A DNA stretch of 64,000 bases from Pseudomonadota bacterium (GCA_017464085.1 JAFUEE010000163.1:45-64044); one strand, 5' to 3'. Positions 46,770 through 57,125 are shown, numbered from the stretch's first letter. The notes: generated from the sequence alone by a model not told the origin. Numbers and translations are program-made.

Positions 46770-47627
46770 ATGACCGCTGAATTACTCGATGGCAAGGCCG
46801 TATCTGCCGCCATACAGGCGGAGATCCGCGAGCGTGTGAACGCGCATTTCACGCCGGAAACGGCGCCGAGGCTTTGCGTGATTTTGGTGGGTGACAATCC
46901 CGCGAGCGCAAGCTATGTGCGCACGAAGTGCAGGATGGCGGAAAAGCTCGGTTTCCGCCATGAAATCTATCACTTTGATGCCGATGTGTCGCAGGCTGAG
47001 GTTGAGGCGCGCATCGATGCATGCAATGCGGATCCGATGTGTGACGCGGTGTTCGTGCAGCTTCCGCTGCCCAGGCATCTGGATGCGGTCGCGCTTCCCA
47101 ACAGGGTGCGCGCGGACAAGGATGCGGACGGCCTGACACGCGCGGCGATGGGCGCGCTGCTTTTGGGCGAAACGAATGCCTTTCAGCCATGCACGCCTCG
47201 CGGGATCATCCGGCTGCTCGATGCCTATCATATCGATATGACCGGGATGGATGCGGTCGTGATCGGGCGCAGCAATATCGTCGGCAAGCCGATGAGCCTG
47301 ATGCTCCAGCGGCGCAACGCGACCGTGACGATGTGCCACACGCGCACGAAAGACCTCGCATCTCATGTCATGCGCGCGGATCTGCTCGTCGTCGCTGCCG
47401 GAAGCCCCGAACTCGTCAAGGGGGAATGGATCAAGCCGGGCGCGGTCATCGTCGATGCCGGGTTTACCAAAACGCCTGACGGCGTCATTCACGGCGATGT
47501 CGAGTTTGAACCTGCGCGCGAGCGTGCGAGCTATATCACCCCGGTGCCGGGGGGCGTCGGCCCTATGACCGTGATCAGCCTCATGGAACAGACGCTTGAA
47601 AGCGCGCTCGCACATCGGTGTAGGTAA
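46770..47627 (+). CDS. folD: Bifunctional methylenetetrahydrofolate dehydrogenase/cyclohydrolase
   Basis: MTAELLDGKAVSAAIQAEIRERV..., the PRGIIRLL...GRSNIVGKP...VVAAGSPELVKGEWIKPGAVIVDAG Rossmann region, and the GGVGPMTV motif. Confidence 0.9.
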   Translation: MTAELLDGKAVSAAIQAEIRERVNAHFTPETAPRLCVILVGDNPASASYVRTKCRMAEKLGFRHEIYHFDADVSQAEVEARIDACNADPMCDAVFVQLPLPRHLDAVALPNRVRADKDADGLTRAAMGALLLGETNAFQPCTPRGIIRLLDAYHIDMTGMDAVVIGRSNIVGKPMSLMLQRRNATVTMCHTRTKDLASHVMRADLLVVAAGSPELVKGEWIKPGAVIVDAGFTKTPDGVIHGDVEFEPARERASYITPVPGGVGPMTVISLMEQTLESALAHRCR

Positions 47628-47773
47628 ATGTGCGGCATTGTGCGCGAAATGCTGCATGAATCCTTGATTTGGCATTGTTTTTTTGTTGTTTCGTTTGAGA
47701 AAAAAGCCCTATAAAAGGTCTCGTTGTCTTGCGCATCAGCGCATTTTTTACTCTTTTTTCAGGAGCAGGGAAC

Positions 47774-48511
47774 ATGAGCGATACTTTTGATCACATCATT
47801 ATCAATGGACGTCCCGGCGGTGGCAAATCTGAATTGATTGATTTCATCCGCAATACGCCGCTCGAAAAGCGCAAGGAGCTTTTCCATATCGGGGAGATGG
47901 TGTTCGAGGATGACTTTGTCTGGCTTTGGGAAAAATTCCAGGAAGATGATATGTGGGAATCGCTCGGCTATGAACGCCTTTACTCCCGTACGCACAAGCT
48001 CGGCTATGTCCAGTTTGACGATCAGAAGTCTGGCCATCCGCTTCTCGACCTCTGCTGCCAGAAATTCAACGTCGCGATCAAGAAAAAATACCTTTCCAAT
48101 CCCGATTTCTACAAAGATCACACGCTGTTCATCGAGTTCGCGCGCGGCATGGCGGATGGCGGCTACAAGCATGTCTATGACCTGCTGGATGACGAGATTC
48201 TGAAACGCTCCGTGATTCTCTACATCAAGGTTTCATTTGAAGAATCGAAGCGCAAGAATGATGCGCGTTACAAAGAGTGGGAAAAAGGTTCGATCCTTTC
48301 GCACAGCCTTCCCGAAGAGAGCCTGCTTCGCTTCAGCAGCGCGGACGACTGGGAAGAGCTGACCGGCGGCAAAGAGACCGGTTTCATCAATATCCGTGGC
48401 ATCGAGATCCCGTTTGTGACGATGCCGAACGAGCCAGAACTCACCAGCGGTCCGGAGCTTGACGCGCGTTACAGTCGCGCCCTGACGCTTCTCAAGAATC
48501 TCGTCAAGTAA
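47774..48511 (+). CDS. P-loop NTPase/kinase-like hypothetical protein
   Basis: Walker A IINGRPGGGKSELID near the N-terminus; ATG 47774 after an AGGAGCAGGGAAC RBS. No further assignable family. Confidence 0.5.
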   Translation: MSDTFDHIIINGRPGGGKSELIDFIRNTPLEKRKELFHIGEMVFEDDFVWLWEKFQEDDMWESLGYERLYSRTHKLGYVQFDDQKSGHPLLDLCCQKFNVAIKKKYLSNPDFYKDHTLFIEFARGMADGGYKHVYDLLDDEILKRSVILYIKVSFEESKRKNDARYKEWEKGSILSHSLPEESLLRFSSADDWEELTGGKETGFINIRGIEIPFVTMPNEPELTSGPELDARYSRALTLLKNLVK

Positions 48512-48527
48512 GCAGCTGCGCTGTATT

Positions 48528-48555
48528 TTAAGCCCCCGCATGGGGGCTTTTTTTA
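48528..48555 (+). terminator. Intrinsic terminator
   Basis: AGCCCCC-gcat-GGGGGCT followed by TTTTTTT. Confidence 0.7.
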
Positions 48556-48568
48556 TGTCTTTTTTTGA

Positions 48569-49717
48569 GTGATCAGTATGATTCATAAATTCTGGCCGTT
48601 CCTGTTCTTTCTGACGGGATGTGCGTCTGTGACAGCAAGCTCCCCGGATGCCTTTGAAACACCGACGTCTGCGCTCGGACAGTCATTGTCTGAGTCATCC
48701 GAGCCTGATTCGATGATGATTCCCGAGGGGGCCAGGCGCACGCCGTCCGGATATGCCTACGTGACGCTCCGCGCGGGGCGCGAAAAGCCTCTGGCGACGG
48801 ATGCGGTTCGCGTGCATCTCAAGGTCCTCACGGTCGAGGGCGCAGTCGTCGACGAGAACGATGCGACGCTCGCGGTTTCCCATTCGACGCCTTTTTTTGA
48901 AGAGTTTCTTCCGCAGATGGCGATCGGGGAGAAAATCCGCGTATGGGGCGACCGCGCGAGGATCTGGGAGATAGAGATGCTGTCTGTCGATGAGCATTTC
49001 CGGGCGCCTGAAGATGTCGCGTCTGCGCCTGCGGATGCGCTGACTGTTCCCGGCACGGAGGAGGTCCGCTATCGGATCCTGGAGCCCGGACATGGCGCAA
49101 AGCCGAAGGCTGGGCAGGCGTTGCGCGTGCAGGCGACGCGCTGGAAAGATTCCGGGGAAATTTTGGAAAGCAACCGGGATAGCAGGGGGATGGTCATCTT
49201 TCTGACGCAGGAGGCCACGCAGGTCGATCCAGTGCATGATGCCGTGCTGCGCGAACTGAATGAGGGGGCGCATGCGCGGCTTTGGATACCTGCATCGATG
49301 CTCGGGGCTGAGTTCGGCATGACGGAAGATCTTTGGCTAGTGGAGTTTTTGCATGATCTGGATGTGCCAGCTGAGCTTGAAGCGCCAGACGATGCTCAGA
49401 TTGTCGAGCCTGATGCCGCCTGGATGCGCTTTGAAGCGCGCTCCGAGAGCGCTGATGCGGCAAAACTTGCTGAAAATGAAGCTGTCGCCGTCGAGATGAC
49501 TTGCTGGAACGGTCAGACCGGTGCGCTTGTCGATTCCAGTCTTATCCGTGACAAACATGATATTATGGAAATCAAGCCAGCGCTCGGTATTTGGCAGAAG
49601 ATTATGATGACGGCATCCGTGGGGGATATATTTATGGCTTGGATTAAGGCTGCGGCATTGCCGGAACAGGTGAATATGGACCTGGTCTGCCGCGTGAAAA
49701 TATTTGAAAAAGTATAA
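48569..49717 (+). CDS. Hypothetical lipoprotein (possibly degenerate FKBP-like repeats)
   Basis: Signal peptide and lipobox FLTGC. Two internally similar segments; no firm domain call. Confidence 0.45.
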   Translation: MISMIHKFWPFLFFLTGCASVTASSPDAFETPTSALGQSLSESSEPDSMMIPEGARRTPSGYAYVTLRAGREKPLATDAVRVHLKVLTVEGAVVDENDATLAVSHSTPFFEEFLPQMAIGEKIRVWGDRARIWEIEMLSVDEHFRAPEDVASAPADALTVPGTEEVRYRILEPGHGAKPKAGQALRVQATRWKDSGEILESNRDSRGMVIFLTQEATQVDPVHDAVLRELNEGAHARLWIPASMLGAEFGMTEDLWLVEFLHDLDVPAELEAPDDAQIVEPDAAWMRFEARSESADAAKLAENEAVAVEMTCWNGQTGALVDSSLIRDKHDIMEIKPALGIWQKIMMTASVGDIFMAWIKAAALPEQVNMDLVCRVKIFEKV

Positions 49718-49726
49718 TTTGTGGGC

Positions 49727-49787
49727 GCGGGCTATGCCTGCGGCATACGCCCTGCGCGCGCGGCTATTGCTTCGCAATACGCCGCGC
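49727..49787. repeat. Pair of REP-like palindromes at the high-GC/low-GC boundary
   Basis: GCGGGCTATGCC-tgc-GGCATACGCCC (49727-49752) and GCGCGGCTATTGC-ttc-GCAATACGCCGCGC (49757-49787). They are immediately followed by a 40-bp run of tandem ATTAAT palindromes (49793-49832). Confidence 0.7.
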
Positions 49788-50002
49788 GTGGTTATTAATA
49801 TAATTAATATTAATATTAATAATATTAATTAAGTGTGTCCAGAGGCGTTGATAAATCGTTTTGTATGTAAAAAAAACAGTAGAGTTACTGTTGATTTATG
49901 CAATTTAATATACTATATACTTTATTGATGGTTCTCATCGCTAGATATTGATGTCAGTTGAGTGATGAGATTATCTCTTACTTTTATAAGGAGAGAAAAA
50001 AT

Positions 50003-50416
50003 ATGATTTTCGATGGTTACAAAATAAAAATTGGTGAGGTGGTAATCGGTAAAAAGGTCGTGCCAATATTTGTTAAAGGCGGTGAACATAACCCACCACA
50101 TGTTCATGTCGATGTGGACAAGAAATTTGGACTTGTCGAGATTAAGAATGGTAATTTGTACAGAGGGAATCTAACGCCTAAACAATTGGATGTCGTATCT
50201 GGTTGGCCTAAGAAGAATAGGAAGAAAGCAAAAGAAGTTTGGAATTCGATAAATCCGTCGCTACGACTTGATTCCTTGTCGCGAATGATTAGCACACTTG
50301 AATATCAGATGGCGCATGTCAAACGATTAAGGCAGAGTGGGGGAAGAACACAATTAGTTAAAGCGATGTGTCAGTTGGCTCGTACATTGAATATGGTTAC
50401 AAAATTAGGAGGCTGA
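50003..50416 (+). CDS. DUF4160-family protein
   Basis: 'GEHNPPHVHV' is the DUF4160 hallmark. ATG 50003 after an AAGGAGAG RBS. Low-GC codon usage. Confidence 0.6.
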   Translation: MIFDGYKIKIGEVVIGKKVVPIFVKGGEHNPPHVHVDVDKKFGLVEIKNGNLYRGNLTPKQLDVVSGWPKKNRKKAKEVWNSINPSLRLDSLSRMISTLEYQMAHVKRLRQSGGRTQLVKAMCQLARTLNMVTKLGG

Positions 50417-50417
50417 T

Positions 50418-50798
50418 ATGGGCAAAATCATATATGCACCCAAAAGAGAGGGGAAAGAACGTAAAATTTGGCTTAAATCATTTGCGCAATACAAAGAATG
50501 GAAAGAATGTGTGGACTATCATCACAACATTGTTTCCGTGGAAGTCATTGAGCCGTTAGTTCTTCGCGTGACGTTTGATGATGGCAAAGTAACCAGATAT
50601 CATGTCATCGATACAGCTAGAAAATCTGGTGGGTACATACCGGATAACATTGAGATACTGAGTGAAGACCCGGAGCTGTTTAACAGTATGAAAGTTACAT
50701 GCTGGGACGTTGACTGGACGGAAGATATTGGTCTTGGCTGTGAGGAGTTGTATCACAGTGGCGAAGAACTCGTGCCGCCCAGGGCGAAAAATCATTGA
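50418..50798 (+). CDS. DUF2442-like protein (partner of DUF4160)
   Basis: Starts 1 nt after the upstream stop, with an AGGAGG RBS. The core 'VSVEVIEPLVLRVTFDDGKVTRYHV' fits the DUF2442 beta-rich pattern. It carries a roughly 30-aa N-terminal extension. Confidence 0.55.
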   Translation: MGKIIYAPKREGKERKIWLKSFAQYKEWKECVDYHHNIVSVEVIEPLVLRVTFDDGKVTRYHVIDTARKSGGYIPDNIEILSEDPELFNSMKVTCWDVDWTEDIGLGCEELYHSGEELVPPRAKNH

Positions 50799-50844
50799 TG
50801 GCGTTTGTTATTATGTGATAAAATTAAAAAGCTGTCTGGTAGTT

Positions 50845-50876
50845 GGCGTATTGCTTTGCAATACGCCGCGTTTTTT
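50845..50876 (+). terminator. Fully symmetric REP-like palindrome followed by T6 (terminator of the DUF4160/DUF2442 pair)
   Basis: GGCGTATTGC-ttt-GCAATACGCC, then gcg and TTTTTT. Confidence 0.65.
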
Positions 50877-50926
50877 CGGTGATAGCCTAAACTTATGGCT
50901 AGGTGATTTTAGGAGTGAGCAAATTC

Positions 50927-53884
50927 ATGAATAAGAGTGGCAAACGAGTATTAGTCTTGGCGTTGTGTGCTGGAATCATCGGGTTTTCTGGCTGTGCCAA
51001 AAAAAGTGGCGATTTGAATGTACAGGATCCTGCAAATGAGGCGAACGCTGCTGGACAGGAGGCTGTTGCTTCAGGAAAGCTGAGTGATACCGATGGAAAG
51101 CCTTGCACATCTCACAAGATGTGTTCGCCTGGTTCTGCCTGTGTTCAGGATAAATGCGTGAGGATTGATGCAATTTCGTGTAAAACGAATCTCGACTGTC
51201 CGGAATTTGATAAGTGTAGCAATGGGCATTGCGTGGGATGTGTATCCGATAACGATTGTACAAAAGATTTTACATGCAACAGTCATGAGGTATGTGTGCC
51301 GAAACATTTTGGTGTTCCGCTTTGCAGTTCATCTATGGATTGTAACAATGGCGAAGTCTGTCGCGATGGCATGTGTCAGGCTTTTTGTACGAGTTCTTGG
51401 GGGGATTGCGAAGATGGCGCTACATGCATATCCGAGAATAATATGCTTATCGGGGTGTGTCTCAATCAGAATATCATAAGCCATAGCTCAATGTGTGGTG
51501 CTGAGGATTGTGAATATCAATGCGGTGAGGGGAAATTCTTATCAAATGGGGTTTGTTATCCTGAAAATTGCAGATCAGATTCTGATTGTGATGAAGAAAA
51601 ATATTGTGCAGATAACACCTGCAAGAAAAAAGAGTGTGAATCTGATGATGACTGTAGCGAAGGTGTTTGTCGGCATTTTGTCTGTGGATGCAATACGAAT
51701 GCTGACTGTTCTGAAGAACAATATTGTGATAAGGGAAAATGTCAGGACTATCAGTGTGAAACCGATGACGACTGTTCGTTCTATGATATGGTATGCCATG
51801 ACCGAAAGTGTGTAGGTTGTCGGAGTGATAATGACTGTGAAGAAGGCAAACACTGCAGGGAAATATATTCGTATTCATCAAGAAGCTGTGGGAATCACGG
51901 CTGTAAGTTTGGTGGAAAGTCAGAAAAGCCAGACAGTGTGAAATGTGTGGAATGTAAGGAAGATAAGGATTGTCCGAGTGAACGGTCACATTGTGATTTA
52001 ATGGAAAATGTCTGTGTTGCATGTATGACGGATAGTGATTGTCAGGAGGGATATGAATGCGAGATAGATCATACATGCGTTAAAGATGAGAATGCACAGC
52101 CTCGTAAACAGGAGCAGACATGTTCGGTCAATGCAGATTGCGGAGAAGGAAATTATTGCTCGTATGAGCAAAAATGTAGCCCGATGGCGAAAAAATGCGC
52201 TTCAGATAGCGATTGCGAGGATGGTGTGTCCTGTAATCGACATGGTTATTGCAGTGCAAAACCGATCAAATTTTGGGGATTTCCGTTGCCCGAAATATGT
52301 TCGACAGATGAGCATTGCGGGCGTATGGGCGGATCTGTGTGCACAGCGCGCTTGAGAAAGGTCTATGATCCTGTGAAAGGTGAAAACATAAACGGACACG
52401 CCTGTGGCTATGTATGTACCAAGTCAGCGGATTGTGAAAAGGGCGAAACTTGTATATTTGGGGAATGCGCTTTAGATTATGAGCGTCATTTCTGTGATGC
52501 AACATCGGACTGTCCGAGCGGATATGAATGCAATACATTCTATCATGAATGCATTACGCCCAAGAAGGTCGATGAGACAATGGATATGGAAAAAGCCATG
52601 AGTCTCATGAATGATATGAAGAAGTATTTCCATGTGGCGAAGACACCTGTTGAATGTATGCAAAACAGTGAGTGCAAGGATGGTTTGGTCTGTTTGGCCG
52701 ATGGTAGTTGTGGATGTACAACAAATGAACAATGTCCAGATGGCAATATGTGCAATGCACAATTATCATGTGAATGTATTTCTGACAACGGTTGTCATCC
52801 CGGTTTTACCTGTGTGGAAAAGAAGTCAAGCAGTATGAGTTCGAGTCGGGTATGTGTTTGTGGTAGTGATGACGTATGCGGCGAAAATAAGATTTGTAAT
52901 ATGGAGGGCGTATGTGTTGACAGCAACGACGTGCGTGAAACGTATGCACGAGCCTTGGATTATCATTATGGCTATGTCCATGTTGCCGATCTTAAGAAAG
53001 CGGTTGAATACTATCAGAAATCTGAATCGCTTGGAAATTCATTTGCAACCATACAGTTGGCTCTGATTGATTTTGAAAAAACCAAGGATGCTAAAAAGTG
53101 GAATGATAAAGTTAAGAGTGCACTTGATACTATTAATGCGCAAGAAAATTCATCTGACACTTCTTCGGATGATCCAATCACATCGTTATTCAAATCTTTG
53201 TTGAGAAACAAGAGCCATATTAATTATTTGAAAGCCATGCTCATGATATATGGTATTGGGGTAAATAAGGATGTGAACAAGGGTATCCAGACGCTGACGG
53301 AGGCTTCGGAGCATTATTCTGTATTTGCCAGAGCTGAACTTGTCGATTTATATGTTTCGGGGAATTTCGTTCCTAAGAATCTGGAAAAGGCGAAGAAAAT
53401 TCTCGAAGATTCTCAGGGTAATTATGTTAATCCAGAATCAGGATATGGCTACTACAGAATTGCCAAAATACTTGCTAAAACGCCCAAACTTATGGGGGAT
53501 AAAGCGTCTGAAAAGTTCGTGGAATACTTGGCTCAAGCTTCATCCATGGGTCTTCTTGAAGCAAAATATCAGATTTCTGCATTTTATGGCGTAAATGATT
53601 TGAGACGTTGGGATCTTGATCGGGATGCCGATAGCAAAAAACTATTAGAATATGCTAAAAAAATGGGACACCCCGAAGCCGCAAAGCGACTTGAAATCGT
53701 GAAGACTTTTAGCGTCGAGGATGGCGATAGCGATGCATCTAAAGACGTGCTTTTGAAAGAGGCAAAACAAGGGAATGCGGTTGCCTGCTATTTACTACAG
53801 AAAAAATATAAAGACAGTAAATGTGCTCAGGCGCTTTCAAAACAGGGGTTGCTTGTCGGTGATTATCTTATGATGCTGAAATAG
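50927..53884 (+). CDS. Secreted Cys-rich repeat protein with C-terminal Sel1/TPR-like repeats (low-GC gene)
   Basis: ATG 50927 after an AGGAGTGAG RBS; signal and lipobox (FSGC). About 20 modules of C-x-SD-x-DC-x5-C-x4-C-x-C. C-terminal Sel1-like units (…GYVHVADLKKAVEYYQKSESLGN…, …IYGIGVNKDVNKGIQTLTEASEH…). Confidence 0.75.
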   Translation: MNKSGKRVLVLALCAGIIGFSGCAKKSGDLNVQDPANEANAAGQEAVASGKLSDTDGKPCTSHKMCSPGSACVQDKCVRIDAISCKTNLDCPEFDKCSNGHCVGCVSDNDCTKDFTCNSHEVCVPKHFGVPLCSSSMDCNNGEVCRDGMCQAFCTSSWGDCEDGATCISENNMLIGVCLNQNIISHSSMCGAEDCEYQCGEGKFLSNGVCYPENCRSDSDCDEEKYCADNTCKKKECESDDDCSEGVCRHFVCGCNTNADCSEEQYCDKGKCQDYQCETDDDCSFYDMVCHDRKCVGCRSDNDCEEGKHCREIYSYSSRSCGNHGCKFGGKSEKPDSVKCVECKEDKDCPSERSHCDLMENVCVACMTDSDCQEGYECEIDHTCVKDENAQPRKQEQTCSVNADCGEGNYCSYEQKCSPMAKKCASDSDCEDGVSCNRHGYCSAKPIKFWGFPLPEICSTDEHCGRMGGSVCTARLRKVYDPVKGENINGHACGYVCTKSADCEKGETCIFGECALDYERHFCDATSDCPSGYECNTFYHECITPKKVDETMDMEKAMSLMNDMKKYFHVAKTPVECMQNSECKDGLVCLADGSCGCTTNEQCPDGNMCNAQLSCECISDNGCHPGFTCVEKKSSSMSSSRVCVCGSDDVCGENKICNMEGVCVDSNDVRETYARALDYHYGYVHVADLKKAVEYYQKSESLGNSFATIQLALIDFEKTKDAKKWNDKVKSALDTINAQENSSDTSSDDPITSLFKSLLRNKSHINYLKAMLMIYGIGVNKDVNKGIQTLTEASEHYSVFARAELVDLYVSGNFVPKNLEKAKKILEDSQGNYVNPESGYGYYRIAKILAKTPKLMGDKASEKFVEYLAQASSMGLLEAKYQISAFYGVNDLRRWDLDRDADSKKLLEYAKKMGHPEAAKRLEIVKTFSVEDGDSDASKDVLLKEAKQGNAVACYLLQKKYKDSKCAQALSKQGLLVGDYLMMLK

Positions 53885-53897
53885 GCTAGTAAGCACA

Positions 53898-53947
53898 TGC
53901 ATTGAGGTTTTTCTGGCTTTGGTTGTATAGAACAGGAAACCTCAATG
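53898..53947. terminator. Long-stem hairpin between convergent genes (candidate bidirectional terminator)
   Basis: GCATTGAGGTTT ... AAACCTCAATGC, a 12-bp perfect stem with a 26-nt loop. Confidence 0.45.
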
Positions 53948-54040
53948 CTATGTGTATTGTTTGCAAAAATGGCAAGCGCGTGGTTGCGTAATACCTGTTG
54001 TCATCTTTAGAATAAGTTTCTGGTTGATATCGAGCATCCG

Positions 54041-55150
54041 TTAATTTGTAATCTGTATTTCCTCGCGATAGGGCGACCACCAAGGTTCGGTATTCTTGGG
54101 CGCATTTAAGTCAATGATATCTCCAATGACTGGCGTTAAGAGATGATACGGCTTTTCTTTAGACGCAAGATATATATTTTCGAGGGGATCATACCAGTTG
54201 TGGTTGGAAAGTGTGAATTTTGCGTGGTGATAGGTCATGACATATTGGGGAGCTAATATATCTATCGCTTTGACGAGACCATCGGGCAGCAGATGTATCT
54301 GATTCCAGGATTGGTTATATTGTCCATTCTCCATGATGGCGAAATCGATAGATTTGAATTGCTCGCTAATTTTTTGGAAATGATCTCCAAAACCTGTGTC
54401 GCCAGATATATATATATTTCTTGGGCCGGCAATCATAAAGGATGCCCAGAGCGTCGGATTGCCCGACAGACGCCCGGAAAAATGGCGCGCTTCGAGCGCA
54501 TAGAGTTTTGTATCTTTGTCGATATCGATAGATTCGCCCCAGTCAAGCTCGTGTATTTTTTCTAATGGATAGCCCCAATACTCAAAGTGCTGGCCGACGC
54601 CAAGGCCGCATACGACATGCTTGACGCGGTCTTTGAGTTCGAGAACGGTCTTGTAGTCGAGATGATCCCAATGGTCATGCGTGATGATGAGATAATCGAT
54701 GTCGGGAATGTCCTCGGCGGTGTAAATTTCAGTGCCCTTGTATGGCTTGAGAGAAAAATTGATCGGAAATCTGTAGTTAAAGACTGGGTCTATCAGATAT
54801 CGGATGCCGTCTTGTTGTATTAATACCGAGGAATGACCGAACCAGATGACGAGATCTCTGTCGCGCTCGAGAGTTTTGAGGTCTGTTTTGATGGCTGGCA
54901 GCGGCTTTGAGGGGGCTTTTTCGACGCGGCCGGTTGGAGGTTCACGCATTTGAGATGAATCGCCTGATGTAAACATCTTGGAGGGCGGATCATTCTGAAA
55001 AGCGCCATCCTTATAATTCGGTGATTGCTGAATGCGCGCAAGGCGCTTCCCTTTGGGACGTTGGCCGAGCTCTTTCCACATGAGGATGCCGATAATCGTG
55101 AGGAAAAGGACGATGAGGAGGAGCAGGGCGAGGAGTATTTTTTTGATCAT
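54041..55150 (-). CDS. Membrane-anchored MBL-fold metallo-hydrolase
   Basis: N-terminal TM helix (ILLALLLLIVLFLTIIGILMW) and the HxHxDH motif 'ITHDHWDHLD'. Confidence 0.75.
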   Translation of the reverse strand: MIKKILLALLLLIVLFLTIIGILMWKELGQRPKGKRLARIQQSPNYKDGAFQNDPPSKMFTSGDSSQMREPPTGRVEKAPSKPLPAIKTDLKTLERDRDLVIWFGHSSVLIQQDGIRYLIDPVFNYRFPINFSLKPYKGTEIYTAEDIPDIDYLIITHDHWDHLDYKTVLELKDRVKHVVCGLGVGQHFEYWGYPLEKIHELDWGESIDIDKDTKLYALEARHFSGRLSGNPTLWASFMIAGPRNIYISGDTGFGDHFQKISEQFKSIDFAIMENGQYNQSWNQIHLLPDGLVKAIDILAPQYVMTYHHAKFTLSNHNWYDPLENIYLASKEKPYHLLTPVIGDIIDLNAPKNTEPWWSPYREEIQITN

Positions 55151-55420
55151 TGATGCTTTTTTGAAAGGATTTTGTTGAGGTATTGAGGATGGCTGTGTTC
55201 AACGTCTGTGGATATGAAATGCAAGGCAGTAGGCAATAGAAGGTAGGCAGTAGTGCGCATGATAACGGCTATAGTTTTTATGCAGAGTACAGTCGTTGCT
55301 CGATTGCGACAATACATGGCTATTTTATCCACTCTTGTTGAACAGAGCCTTGAAGATTCTAGGCGGTAGTGCGTGTAATTGAGGACTGAATGCGAATAGG
55401 TGCTTGGAGGTTATGATTTG

Positions 55421-56860
55421 TTAACTCTCTGTTTGCATGAGGCGTTCGAGGCGCTTTTGGGAAGCGCGCGCGATGATGGCTTTCTCGCCACGGATTTCGA
55501 CTTTGCCATCGGGTGCGCCTTTGGGTTTGCGCACATATTTGACCTGTGTGAGATGCACTTCGGCAGCTTCTGACTTCGAGCGTTTGGAATAGTGCATTGC
55601 GAGCAGGGCTGCATCCAGGATTGTCTCCTGTGAAGGCTCTGCGGATTTGATGACGATATGCGATCCGGGTATGCCCGACACATGGAGCCAGTAGTCATTG
55701 CCGCGCGTGTGATGGAACGTGAGGTCGTCGTTGTCTTTTGCAGATTTGCCAACGAGGATGAGCGTGCCATCGGCCGATTTGAATGTCTTATAGGGCTTAT
55801 GTACGGTGACTTTTGGCTTTTTGGGCTGTGCGGGGGCTGGTTTGCCGTCTGTGCCGCAGAGCTCGTCGATCTGTGTGCCAAGCTCGAGGATTTGTGAGGA
55901 ATCTTTGGCGTTGAGGACTGTTTTTTCGAGATCTTCAAGCGCGGCGCGCTTTTGGAAAGTCTGGTCGAGGCGTGCTTTGACCTGCTCGCGTGAGCGCGTC
56001 ATGCGCTTGCTGTGGGCGTATCGCTTTTCGATATTCTCGCGGATGGATATGGCCGGATCGAGCGTGATTCGCATAGGTTCGCCGGTTTCGAAGTCTGGGA
56101 GTTCCGCGTAGATCATGCCCTGTTTGAGTTTGTAGGCATAAGCGTTGAGCAGGTCTGCTTCGGCGCGCTCTCGCTCGGCATTGTCTGCGCGCATCAGCTC
56201 TTTGGAAAGGTTTTCGTAGAGCTTGTTTGCGCGAGCGAGCGTCTTGCGTATGCGCTTGAGCGCCTGATTTCTGTGAAAGTCTATCCGCTCTTTTTCATCT
56301 CTTGCGGCAAACTCGCCATCGAGCGCGGTATAAAGGTCTTCGCGATCGAGACTGTCAAAACGGTCCGTGTCGCTTTTGCGCGCCGGCGGTTCGGGCGGCG
56401 TATAGATGCCGTGAATCTTTCGCGTGTCATCCTGACCGATCATGCCCAGAACCTTTCGGGATTCGGATTCGATGAGGAAGATATGGGGGGAGCGCCCAGT
56501 GAGTTCGGCAATGAACTCGAAGAACGGGGCATTGTCAAAGCCGAACTCGAAGGTGACAATGCGGTCGTCGTCGGCGATGCGCAGCCCTGTGAGCATCGTG
56601 TTGCCGATGTATTTGCGCAGAAGCATCGTGAATGCCTGAGGCACAGGCGGCGCTTTTTTAGGCCGCGTGGTGGGATAGATGTCGAGATGTGCCGGCAAAA
56701 AATCAATGACGAGGAAAAACCGCGCGCGCGTATCTTCATCGCCATATTTTTTGAACGTGAACTGGAGTTTGTTCTCCCCGTCCGCGATGTGTTCCAGGCG
56801 CGCGTCCATGAGGTCGAAGGAAAGCTTTTCGATGAGATGGCGAAGTTCTGGGTAGTTCAT
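55421..56860 (-). CDS. NFACT-family (RqcH/FbpA-like) protein
   Basis: NFACT-N region (MNYPELRHLIEKL...), a coiled-coil middle, and the C-terminal NFACT-R/DUF814 motif 'YWLHVSGIPGSHIVIK'. I chose the start at Met 56860; the ORF extends to 56986. Confidence 0.65.
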   Translation of the reverse strand: MNYPELRHLIEKLSFDLMDARLEHIADGENKLQFTFKKYGDEDTRARFFLVIDFLPAHLDIYPTTRPKKAPPVPQAFTMLLRKYIGNTMLTGLRIADDDRIVTFEFGFDNAPFFEFIAELTGRSPHIFLIESESRKVLGMIGQDDTRKIHGIYTPPEPPARKSDTDRFDSLDREDLYTALDGEFAARDEKERIDFHRNQALKRIRKTLARANKLYENLSKELMRADNAERERAEADLLNAYAYKLKQGMIYAELPDFETGEPMRITLDPAISIRENIEKRYAHSKRMTRSREQVKARLDQTFQKRAALEDLEKTVLNAKDSSQILELGTQIDELCGTDGKPAPAQPKKPKVTVHKPYKTFKSADGTLILVGKSAKDNDDLTFHHTRGNDYWLHVSGIPGSHIVIKSAEPSQETILDAALLAMHYSKRSKSEAAEVHLTQVKYVRKPKGAPDGKVEIRGEKAIIARASQKRLERLMQTES

Positions 56861-57125
56861 AGTTTTTAGGCAGTATGCAATAGGCAGCAATAGCCGCGTA
56901 AAGGTGTGTTGAGGTATTGAGGCGTTTAAGGCAGTGGTGAGCGTGATGGATGTGTTTGCAAGGGTCTGATGATTTCCTTGGCGCATTTTGCGCCGCCCTT
57001 TCCTTTGGAAGGGATTTGGGTTCGCTTGTGCGCGACTGGCTTATAGCTGTGTGCACGGAAGAGCGTCAATCATTTTGCCAGATTGAGGTGTGGTGATGAA
57101 ATTTGGTACATAGTGTAAAAAAAAG

